A stretch of DNA of 64,000 nt from NCBI GenBank assembly GCA_951406725.2, contig OX597815.1, positions 130,696,001 to 130,760,000 of the forward strand, in the 5' to 3' direction. Under the pieces are notes generated by a model. The model made no database searches, had not been told where the DNA came from, and saw nothing but the letters and a program-made list of their open reading frames with translations. Position 1 is the stretch's first letter. Each line of letters starts with the position of its first letter. This document shows positions 52,775-64,000 of this stretch, in pieces. The translations under genes and the position numbers were made by a program. The DNA comes from Octopus vulgaris. Its lineage: Eukaryota.

Positions 52775-55700
52775 ATATCTTACTATATCATACAAAATAT
52801 TGAAATGCAGGTGTGGCTGTGTGGTTAAGAAGTTTCCTTCCCAACCATGCGGTCTTGAGTTCAGTCCTTCTGCATGGCACATGACTAGACAAGAACAATT
52901 TTTAAAAAATGAAAATTTGAAAAGAAAAATCATAAATGGCAAAAAAAAAGAAAATGAATTAAAAACACTTATCTGTTCTTTTTTTCCTTCCTTTTTCTTG
53001 TATTGGTGCTTGTCTATTACCAAACATGTCATTACAATTAACAGTTGAATATTTCATTGTTTGGAGGACATTAAAGAAATCTTCTACCATAGCCTTGGAC
53101 AGACCAAAGCCAAATGGTTGATGGAAACTGACAGAAACCTATTGTATAGAATGTGTGACTGTGCGTGTTGATGTCATGATGGTTGTAAATGAGCATTCCT
53201 GTCATACAAGTGATGTTGTTTATGTCCAGTCTTCAGTGGAAATCGTGTTTGGCCATAGGGAAATATTACCTTGCTTGGAAATAGGTTAGAGTTGGCAACA
53301 AGAAAGGCATCAGGCCATGGAAAATTTGCCTCAACAAATTCTATCTGAGCCATGCAAGCATGGACAAGTGAACTTTAAATGATGATGAGGACTACATTAT
53401 AGTATGCAAAATAACAAACACTGTACACACATTGCCTTATGCCACTAAAAGCACATTTACTGTATGGTTTGCACACACACACACACACCTTACCATCTTA
53501 ATAGTTCATTTATCTGCTTGTCAAAAATCTACATTGATAAACATCCAACACCAGTAGCAACAGCTGGAATAGAACTAAAACTATTCACCTCAAGTAACAG
53601 AACTACACATGGCTTGAATACATTGAAAGGTAAATTTGTCACATATACAAGAAGGCATGCAAGAGACACAGGGTGAAATCAATATTGTCCTGAACAACCA
53701 TACACAAGGAACACCTGCTTGTATTATCACTGGGACTGGACTATGTGAAAAATACTTAACTATCTTGATCAATGTACTTGTAAAGAATTCTACAAAGTAT
53801 TTAGAGTTTATAACTGTAAGCAGCAGTAGCACTGTAAATGTGATGGGTGTTTTGCAGGTGTGTTTAGGTTCTAATAGTTTCTTATTTTCATGGTTACAGA
53901 ATCAGGTATTGCTGTGTAGTTAAGAAGTGATCTTGGCTTCAGTCTCACTGCAGGGTAGTTTGGGTAAGTGTCTTCCACTATAGCTCCAGGATAATCAAAG
54001 CCTTCTGAGTGGATTTGATAGGCAGAAACTGAGACAAGCCTGTCATATATCTGTATGTATGCTTGTGTGTACCCTTATCCTAGACATCAAGCGATGGTTG
54101 TAAATGTTCATCATTATTATCATCATCATCATCATCATACAAGTGAGATTGTTTCCAATCTGTGGAAAGCATGACTTATGCATGGGAAAATATTTCCTTG
54201 CTTGGAAAGCAGATGAGGGTTGGTGACAAGGGCAATATGTTTGTACAAAATCTGCTTCGACAAATTCTGTCTGATCCATGAAAGCATAAAAATAGTGATG
54301 ATGGTGATAATCATATATCCCATGGTAGCTGTCATAGTATCTGAGCAGAAAAGAGGAATTTCTTCCATGCCAATTAGGATAAGAGGGAGTCCCTAATAAT
54401 TGCACAGACATTACCATATACTTTAATATTCTTTTTATTAATATTACTTTGTTACTAACAACCAGAAGAGCTCACCAGATCAGCAATTTAGCTTTGGATT
54501 CATAATCTAAATTAGACAAGAGAAATCTTTTGTATAGGGTACTAGCTTTGTTTTTCTCTCTCTTGAAGAAGTTATTTCCACACACCTTGCATCTATTTTT
54601 GATAGCTCACTGAAATGTAGACAATAGAATGAAGAGTTCTGGCAAGAGACATAATACAACATAATTAAGCAAGAACAGCTTCAAGACTCAACAAAAATTC
54701 AGAGAAAAAATTTAAAAAAAAACAGTAAAAAATAAATAAATTTAAAATGCTTATTAAGAGGCCTATTTCTGTCTTTTTGTCCTATGTAGGTACTTATGTC
54801 TATTATCAAAATTGTCAATGAATTTAACTGTTGAAGGACGTCAAAGGAAATGAGGTTATGACTTCTGTGTGTTCATTTGCTAGAGCAGTGACATTGTAAT
54901 GACAACCTGCTGAATTAACTGTTTACTGCTTAGTTTTAATGTAGATATTTAAAGTTTAATCTTTTTGTTATGAACCCACCTGAGACCACCTTTGCTTCTT
55001 GCTTAAAATTATCTAAAATTAAAGCTTTCTATTAAAATTTCATGTTCATTTGTGTTTAAAATACCATTTTGATAATGGTTAAATTATTTTGTTGAATTCA
55101 TTGTTATTTTCAAAATTAAATGATACAAAAGCAGTCTCTTTTAACAGAAATATAGCAACAAAAAGGCTAATAGGTTATGCTTTGATTTATATTAAAAAGG
55201 GAGTGAAATATATGTATAAAAAAAAGGGATAGCAATAAAACCAGACTTTAGATATATTTAGATATAGAAACATTTTATTCTGTTCAGTCTTCCAGTATCA
55301 GATAGCAACAGTCAATTGAAATGTCTGACTTAATAAAAAATGGTAAAATTGTACTACTGATTAAATCATGCTTAAAATGAAGAAAGCTACTTGTACCAAT
55401 GGCTTTTGAAATTAATTTAAATCAATCAATAAGTCCTTAGTCTGCAAGGCTTCTTTCAGAAGAGACTTCATATCGAAAAACAGTTTTATCTGAAAGGCTT
55501 TATGGCAAACAATCTAAAAATTTATTCAACAGTAACAACAACAATTTTTATGAAATTTGTAACAATGTCAAATGCATCATTAATAATTTATTATAGAAAA
55601 CTGACTGTGATATTAAAAGATATTAAATGATTATTTTTTCCCCTTAATAATCGCAAAGGTTGTTCAAAAGTTGGTTTATAACGTTTCAATCCTTTTCACT

Positions 55701-56413
55701 GATTAATTTATTATTAATTTCCTTAAAATTACAAGCTAGAAATTAAAAAAGAAAATGAATTTGGAAAAGCCCCTTCCCTACCAGAAAATTAAAATGTATT
55801 CAAAACAGAAAAAAAAATTAGCATTTTCAATGATTGTTATTGATTTTTTCTTTTAAAAAAGTGGGGAAAAAAGCCTCATTAGTTGTGGTCTTACAGAAAC
55901 AGTTTAAGAAATTTTGATACCTTCTGTACTTGAAATCAAAGCAATTCCTAAAGAATATTACTATTCTGCCATTCTTCACCCTCATGGACCATTGTTTCCC
56001 TTCATTCCTTACCCACTATTCACTACATACAACCTTCAATTATATTTAATCTCTACAGTTGTCACCTACTCTTCCCTACTTCCCCTATTCTTTATATTCT
56101 CCCCTTCACCCATTCCCCAGCTCTCTTCTATATACTCTTGCAACCTTTACTCATCTACACTCCCAGTCTTATGCTTCCATTCACTTCTACTTACACCCCA
56201 TCACCATTATTTTCATCTCTTCCTTGCTCTGTCCTGATCACCACTACTCTTCTTTACTAAAATGCAAGTAGGCAAGTATGTAGCCCCTCAACAGTAAGAA
56301 ACCTGTTCTGCTTTGACCTCTTCTTTCATATTGTAACCCCTTGTTGCCGAGCATAAAGCATGGAAACCTCACTAGTGTCAGTAGCAAAAAAAAAAAAAAA
56401 AAATTATAATAAT

Positions 56414-56579
56414 AGGCATAGGAGTGGCTGTGTGGTAAATAGCTTGCTTACCAACCACATGGTTCTGGGTTCAGTCCCACAGCGTGGCACCTTGGGCAAG
56501 TGTCTTCTACTATAGCCTCAAGCCAACCAAAGCCTTGTGAGTGGATTTGGCAGACGGAAAGTGAAAGAAGCCTGTCATA

Positions 56580-56638
<59 letters not shown>

Positions 56639-56840
56639 ATATGTTTGTTCCCCCAACATCACTTGACAACCGATGCTGATGTGTTTACATCCCCGTAACT
56701 TAGCGGTTCAGCAAAAGCGATTAATAGAATAAGTACTAGGCTTACAAAGAATAAGTCCTGGGGGGCGATTTGCTCAACTAAAAGGCAGTGCTCCAGCATG
56801 GCCACAGTTAAATGACTGAGACAAGTAAAAAAGAGTAAAA
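56414..56840 (+). mobile_element. SINE family A
   Basis: Full copy. Confidence 0.9.
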
Positions 56841-57861
56841 AAAAAGAATAAAACCCCCCAAAAACCAACACCCAGTAAATGCTGAAAAATGGTTGGTATT
56901 AGGAAGGTCATCCAGCAATAGAACCCATGCCAAAATAGACAGTGGAGCACATTGGATCCTGTCAAACTGTTTACCCCATAACAATAAAGAGCATGGACAT
57001 TAAATGATGATGATGAGCCCTGCCCCTCCACATACACATATACAGTATTCAGAAATTATTTTAAATAATAGAGAGACAGTATTGAAAATAATTGCAGGAA
57101 ACGATAATTTCATACATGCTCCTAAGATTATTCTAATGGATTTTCTTCAGCAATATAAAAGAATATAAAGCAAAAAATTAAACCAGTGGATAAAAGCAAT
57201 GGTGTAATAATCTCAGTGACAAGCTGAGTTTTGTGTCCAAGTTGCACCCATTTCACTTCAGTTATTTACTAATGATCTTGAGTAAGCGATGAATGCCACA
57301 TAATCTCAGTTACTTTCATTTACAACTGAAAGTGTTGTAATTCTATCAAAAATATATAATTAATAATTAGGAATACATGAAAAGAAGGAAGGAATTAATC
57401 TTAGAGCTAACTGAGTGCAATTATCAATAATACTATAATCTTCAAATATATTCAATTAAAAGTAATTACAGCTGAATTGGAAATTTTTTCATGATTATCT
57501 ATGACACACAAGATGATAACATGAAATATTATCAGGCCATCATATGCCTGAATATTATTATTGTTAGTGTCATATATATAAAACTCATTATTTTGTCACA
57601 GACTATACAAACAGTGAGATGTCTGTATATTTTGATAGACAAATAATAGCCACTGCTACAATTTCTATGGCAATAGTATCTTTAGAGCAAACACTTATTA
57701 GATTAATAATATAATAGAGATAAAAGTTTATGCACTTTTATTATTTTTGGATTAGAAACTCTAAACAATTAGCACACTAGAGTCAGTGACTCCGGATTGG
57801 GACACTTTGTGGTTTAGAATTAGAGCGGGGACATTTTGTCTCATTGGGGTTGATAGGGGAG

Positions 57862-58166
57862 AACACATCGAGGTCTAGAGCAGAGGGTCACGTCGAGGTC
57901 TAGAGCAGAGGGACACGGCGAGGTCTAGAGCAGAGGGACACGGAGAGGTCTAGAGCAGAGGGACACGGCGAGGTCTAGAGCAGAGGGACACGGCGAGGTC
58001 TAGATCAGAGGGACATATCGAGGTCTAAAGCAGAGGGACACGTCAAGGTCTAGAGCAGAGGGACATGTCAAGGTCTAAAGCAGAGGGACACGTCAAGGTC
58101 TAGAGCAGAGGGACACGTCAAGGTCTAGAGCAGAGGGACACATCAAGGTCTAGAGTGGGGGGACAC
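57862..58166. repeat. 25-bp minisatellite, about 12 copies
   Basis: gaggtctagagcagagggacacg(g/t)c with period 25. Confidence 0.95.
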
Positions 58167-58402
58167 TTTATGGCCTCATAGGAGCATTGCATGGGTCTGA
58201 ATCAGCAATAAGCTATTGCTGTGTCAATCTGTTTGAAATGTTTGCATATCTGACAATTTGCTTTTGAAATTTTGTGCAGTCATTAGTTCTTGAACATTTC
58301 TAAGTTCCTGTCAACCCTTATCTAGTCACAAAAAATCTCAGCGATAAAAGTAAATGTTTAAAATGAAGGCCAGATTAGAAGTGATTCACAATAGTAATGA
58401 GA

Positions 58403-58439
<37 letters not shown>

Positions 58440-59001
58440 AACAGTGAGAATGAAAGCAGATTCACTTGTGATAGAAGTTTTTGCATTGGGAAAAGTTGTT
58501 TATATTCACCATTCTTAACTTTTCTGTCCTCAATAATCAGACACTTTCAGCCAGATTATTCTCTTGTTACATGTGCTCTACATTGATTTCTTATATTGGC
58601 ATAAGGTCATACATTTGTAAGAGGAGCACTGTGATCAATGAAGCTGACCCTGGTATTTATTGTACTGGCACTGATGAATTTGAAGCCAGGACAAAAGACT
58701 CAACTAAATGCTGGGAACTGTTTAGTTTGCTAGGTATTGTCAAGTTGTCTTTTATATCTGTTCAATAATGACTGACAGAAAAAAATGTGAAATCATCTAA
58801 AAAAAAAATTTAAATAAATAAATAGATACCTAAGTGGATGCTTTATTGCCAATCTAGTTTAGTGTCTTATGGTAGTAAGTTCAAAGCCCATTAGAGTCTG
58901 CTTTGCTTTACACTTCTTCAAGATTAATAAAACAAAAACAAGTAATGAAGTAATCTTTAAGACCTTTAAGAGGGAATATTTTTCTTTAAAATATTCATAA
59001 T

Positions 59002-59418
59002 AGGCACAGGAGTAGCTGTGCTGAAAATAGCTTGCTTACCAACCACAAGGTTCCAGGTTCAGTCCCACTGCATGGCACCTTGGGCAAGTGCCTTTTACTA
59101 CAGCCTTGGGCTGACCAAAGCCTTGTGAGTGGATTTGGTAGACGGCAACTGAAAGAAGTCCGACAAATCTATACATATATATATATATATCTATATATAT
59201 CTCTATATATATATATATACATATATGTATGTGTGTGTATATGTTTGTGCCCCCCAACTGATGCTGGTGTGTTTACATCCCAGTAACTTAGAGGTTCAGC
59301 AAAAGAAGCCAACAGAATAAGTACTAGGCTTACAAAGAATAAGTTTTGGGGTCAATTTGCTTGACTAAAGGCGGTGCTCCAGCATGGCCACAGTCAAATG
59401 ACTGAAACAAGTAAAAGA
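59002..59418 (+). mobile_element. SINE family A
   Basis: Full copy. Confidence 0.9.
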
Positions 59419-62281
59419 ATCGCATTTTGAATTTTTTCTTTCATTTTCTTTTTCCGTTGTTCAATCAATATTAGGGGTTATATTCCCAGATTTGAAGTAG
59501 GATCCTTTATTTATTTGAAGCAGAAATCTAAAGTTGTTATTTCTGAAGATGAATTTAATAGTAAAAAGCCTTGTGAGTAAATCTAGTAAACAGAAAGTGA
59601 AAGATTCTCACTCTCTCAATGTGTGCGTGCCTGTGTGACATTGTCATGACATCATGCAATAGCTGTAGAAGGGTGCCACAGTCATAAAAGCTGTCTTCTA
59701 TTTCAAACTTTCCATGGAAACACGATCAGCCAAGGGGAAATATTACTTTACTAGAAAACATGTAAGGGTTGGCAACTGGAAAAGCATCCAGTTTTAGACA
59801 TTCTTTCTCAATAAATTCTGCTTGCCTAAGCAATCATGAAATGGTGGACATTAAAACAACAATGAAGATGATGATGATGATATATCGTTGCTCCTATGTT
59901 GCAGAAAGCAATTAATATTACTAAGCAACCCATTCCACTCTCAGAGTGGTTGGCATTAGGAAAGGCATCCAGCTGTAGACTGGGTGTCTGGCACAACCTT
60001 CCAGCTTGCCAGCCCTGGTCTAACCCTTCAACCCATGTCAGTATGGACAACAGATGCTAAATGATGATGATGATGATGATGATGATGAATGAATATAAAA
60101 TAAACAACATACTATAAAAACAAAGATGAAATGTAATATTTTCTTTTCTAGCTAACATCTATATTTATGTAGCAGCTTTTCTGAAGATCCGATGATTATT
60201 ACATACAACCTAACTTTACAACACAACTCTTTTTTTGACATACAGCATAGGGTTTATTTTTTTTGTATGATGCTTCAATGACAGCATTCCAATTTCTAGT
60301 GACAACATAAAGATAAGATATATTTTCTCTTTTGCTTGTTATTTATGTTATATGCTAATAATATGTTTTTCTTATTATTTTTATAGTTACCATAAAATAT
60401 GTCAATCAGCTAATTTTGGCAACCTCCAACAACCACCACTTGCCTATTCCATCTCACATGCATGCAGTGAAAACCTGCAACTTCTCTCAACTCTTTCAAT
60501 AGTCTTTCACAGTCTTTCACATTTATTTCTCTTTCTGTTTATCTTGAGTCAGTTTTGCACTGCTCACCACCTTCAGGATTCAATTCCATCTTTTCCCATT
60601 CTTCTACATCCTAACAGGAATGGAGTGCATGTACTTCAGTATTCATCCAGAAACTTCTACAGGGGATGAAAAAAAGATTCTCACACTTACTTACAGCCCA
60701 ATATAACTACATGAATTTATCACAGTAGATGAGTGATATTTATTTTACCAATAATGCAGGAATTTGAACCCAGAACTTAGAAGGGCCCTACCAAATATTA
60801 TAAGATATATAGGCGTGTGTCTCATGATTTCTACAGCTTCACAGCCGTCATAGACATTTAACAATGATACAGAAGAGAAAATTTGAGACGGTATAAATAG
60901 CTATAATGCTTTCTAATCAATGTACCAATACCAACAGACGAAACTTTCAAAATACAAAGATCTGGAAATATGGTAACTTGAAAGTGGAGTCTAAAAACAG
61001 AAACAATTCCTATTTTAGTAGGTGCATTAGGTACGATAAAAAAAAATATAAACATACAAATACATAACAAAACCCCCAGGATTTAAAATTAAGAAGTATG
61101 TATAACATACAGAAAATAGCAGTACTAGGCTATGTACACAACCTATGTAAAACACTTTCAATACAGTAAAAATGAGAATAGCACAACAAACCACAGCACA
61201 TACCTAAGGCACACAGCTGTGCTTGGTAGAGCTGTGAAAGCACATAATGAAAATAAGACTACTGAATAATAATAATAATGTTAATAATGATAATAATAAT
61301 AAAAATATTAATAATCATAATAATAGTAATCATAATAATAATAATAATAATAATAATAAACTGTCACACCATACATTGTGTTAATGGTTAACCTTACAGT
61401 AAGGTGGCACTAATTGGATAAATTTCCATACAACCATTAGGCAGAGACTAACTCACTTCTTCAGTCCCTGGGAATTACATTTAATCCTCTTTCTCTTCAG
61501 ATTTAGAAATGCTAACATGACACTTTCAAACCACATTAGCAGCATTATTAAATACCTTTTCTTTGACTACATATGTACATGCATATGATGAATTATACAT
61601 GTAAACATATACAGATGTAATACATGCATGTATACAAAAAAAAGAGCACATCCGTGAATGTGCATGTGAACATGAGCTATTTACATCAACGACAACAGAG
61701 TAACATTATCGATAATAATTTTATTTTATAGAATTTGGTATTAGATATTAAGTATTATAATGTTTATGATAACTGCATAATGTAAATTTGTAATGACATA
61801 AAACATTATTAGATGGTTTTCAACCTAAACTAAATAAAAAGCTATATTTATCAAGAAAAAATAATAGTCAGTAACCAACATGGAGAAATGAAATATCTAA
61901 ACTATCAATATTTTTTATATTTGTATTCATTAAGGTTCCTATTTAAATTCCCCAAATCCAATTTATTTGAGTTAAGTATCAGGAAGCATACAACATTTTT
62001 TAGTAATTTTAACCAGGTACTTGATTTGTAATTGAAATGTCAATATTCATAAACAGATATTGAAATCTTTAGACCTGTCAGAGTTATAGTCCAAAGGAAT
62101 TCTTCTATCTCTTTCTTTTAAGCAGTGTTTCCAAGGGACCTTGTAGTTCTTATCTACAATAATGCTCTGATCAATCTATCTGTCTATCTATCTATCCATC
62201 TATCTTTAAACATACATACATACACAAAGCAAATGGCACCCATTTCTGGATATCAGTTGCTTTAGTAATGTCATCAATATT

Positions 62282-62600
62282 ATCATTGTCATCATTTAAC
62301 ATCCGCTTACCATGCTGGCATGGCTTGGATGGTTTGACTGGCGACTGGCAAGCCAGGAAGCCATACCAGGCTCTAATCTGATCTGACAATGTTCTTCCTA
62401 ATGTCAACCACTCCAAGAGTGTAATGGGTGCTTTTTACATGCCACTGGCATGGGAGCCAGTCAGGTGGCACTGGCACCAGCCATGTTTGGATGGTGCTTT
62501 TTATGTGCTACCAGCACAGGAGCCAGTCGGAGTGGGGGGCTGGCAGCGATGATGTTCAGATGGGAGCCAGTCAGGCGGCACTGGCAATGACCCATGCAGA
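62282..62600 (-). mobile_element. RTE 3'-end derived repeat
   Basis: Same family as 42601-43010. Confidence 0.8.
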
Positions 62601-63318
62601 TTTTATTATAAAGAAAATGTGCTGTTAATTAGAGCAAAGAGAATTTGTGTTAATCTTTGCTAAATAAAAGAAAGTTTTTAGCATATCCAAAAAATGGGAT
62701 CATTGCTTCCTAAACATACAATATTTTATTTTTCTGCATTTACAGTACCTGTATATTATTAGATTAATCAGAAGCGGCAAGCTGGCAGAATCGTTAGCAT
62801 GCCAGAATCGTTAAAATGCTTGAGCGGTATTTTGCCTGTCTTTATATTCTGAGTTCACATGCCGCCAGGATCGGGGTTGATAAATTAAGTACTAGTGAAA
62901 CACTGGTGTCGATGTAGTTGACTGATCCCCTCCCCCAAAATTTCAGGACTTGTGCCTGTAGTAGAAAGGATTAGATCAATCAGATTTTTGTTCTCTACTT
63001 AAATTATGCTTTTATTTAATATTTCTTTCATTTCTACAACATTTGAAATACTAATGATAATACTGATGCCTATATAGAGTTTTTATGAGTTTTGTACTGT
63101 GCTTTGGTTATTTAATGAGTGATCAGGTAAGTGATCACTCATTAAATAACCAGTTAACTGCAAACCCTCCTCCAGTTCCATTGGTGCCAGATTGGGGTTT
63201 ACTGCACAACCAGAAATTTCATGGAGAGTAATGGGATGGAGTTAGTATCAGCCTAAGAGAAATGAAACATCCCTAACTCATATAAACTTATTAGACTTGG
63301 CTTACTGGTAAATTATGT

Positions 63319-63665
63319 TTGGGCCTGACAGAGGCAAGTGGCTGAGTTCCCCTCTAGTGTTGGGCCTGACGGAGGCAAAGTGGATGAGTTCCCTTTGAAC
63401 ATTGGGCCTGACAGAGACAAAGTGGATGAGTACCTCCATCAGGCCCAACGTTCAAAGGGAAAAGTGGTGGAGTTCCTTTCGAGCTTTGGGCCTGATGGAG
63501 GCAAAGTGGCTGAGTTCCTTTCGAACATTGGGCCTCATGGAGGCAAAGTGGCTGAGTTCCTTTCAAGCGTTGGGCCTGACAGAAGCAAAGTGGCTGAGTT
63601 CCTTTCAAGTGTTGGGCCTGATGGAGGCGAAGTGGCTGAGTTCCTTTTGAGTGCTGGGCCTCATG
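63319..63665 (+). repeat. 42-bp minisatellite, about 8 copies
   Basis: ttgggcctgatggaggcaaagtggctgagttcctttcgagc units. Confidence 0.92.
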
Positions 63666-63950
63666 GCATTATGTTGTGCTTGGGAAGAAGATCCACCAAG
63701 CCAAGCAAAATCGCAGTGGTGGCAGATACCCATGGCACGTAAACGCACCCTGATGTTATGCAAATGGCACCCGTGCTGGTGGCATGTAAAAGCACTCATT
63801 ACACTCTCAGAGTGGTTGGCATTAGAAAGGGCATCCAGCCATAGAAAAACATGCCAAATCAGACTGGAGTCTGGTTCAGCCTTCCAGCATGCCAGCCCAG
63901 TCAAACTGTCAAACCCATGCCAGCATGAACGGATGTAAAATGATGATGAT
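63666..63950 (+). mobile_element. RTE 3'-end derived repeat with (GAT)n tail
   Basis: Reverse complement of the copy at 35303-35590; shares its terminus with 42840-43010. Confidence 0.8.
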
Positions 63951-64000
63951 AACTTGCTCCATTTTATAGGCTCACAACTTGGATCTACTTAACAATACCC

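Noticed and set aside
63338-63742. 134-aa ORF with 14-aa repeats, and CTGATGG in the unit as a possible hammerhead
   Set aside because: The ORF is a by-product of a 42-bp unit. The motif lacks A9, GAAA and the stems.
36201-64000. Upstream endophilin exons and the many short ORFs
   Set aside because: No exon matching the N-terminal BAR region was found by eye. The short ORFs derive from SINEs, repeats or AT-rich intron.

Overview
AT-rich animal genomic DNA, most likely an octopus (inferred from the tRNA-derived SINE families, the PHD-containing RTE LINE and the microsatellite load). The whole window appears to lie inside one minus-strand gene, endophilin B (SH3GLB1/2-like). Three constitutive BAR-domain exons are visible (36200-36067, 33859-33767, 9153-9064), plus candidate 18-nt and 3-nt microexons at the junction where vertebrate endophilin B1 inserts neural exons. 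The introns hold SINEs, a 5'-truncated but long RTE LINE and its 3'-end derivatives, DNA-transposon relics and micro/minisatellites. The standout is 1145-4997: a nearly homogeneous 362-bp tandem array headed by an inverted partial copy and embedded in TA microsatellite. Every unit carries a type I hammerhead ribozyme with a non-canonical U3-A8 core (UUGAAAA...GAAA...GUC), which suggests a Penelope-related non-LTR retrozyme able to yield 362-nt RNA monomers or circles. Two unrelated long palindromes (21.2-21.6 kb, 33.2-33.7 kb) also carry hammerhead cores, and one SINE copy contains a guanylyl-cyclase coding fragment. All calls come from reading the sequence by eye, and repeat boundaries are approximate.
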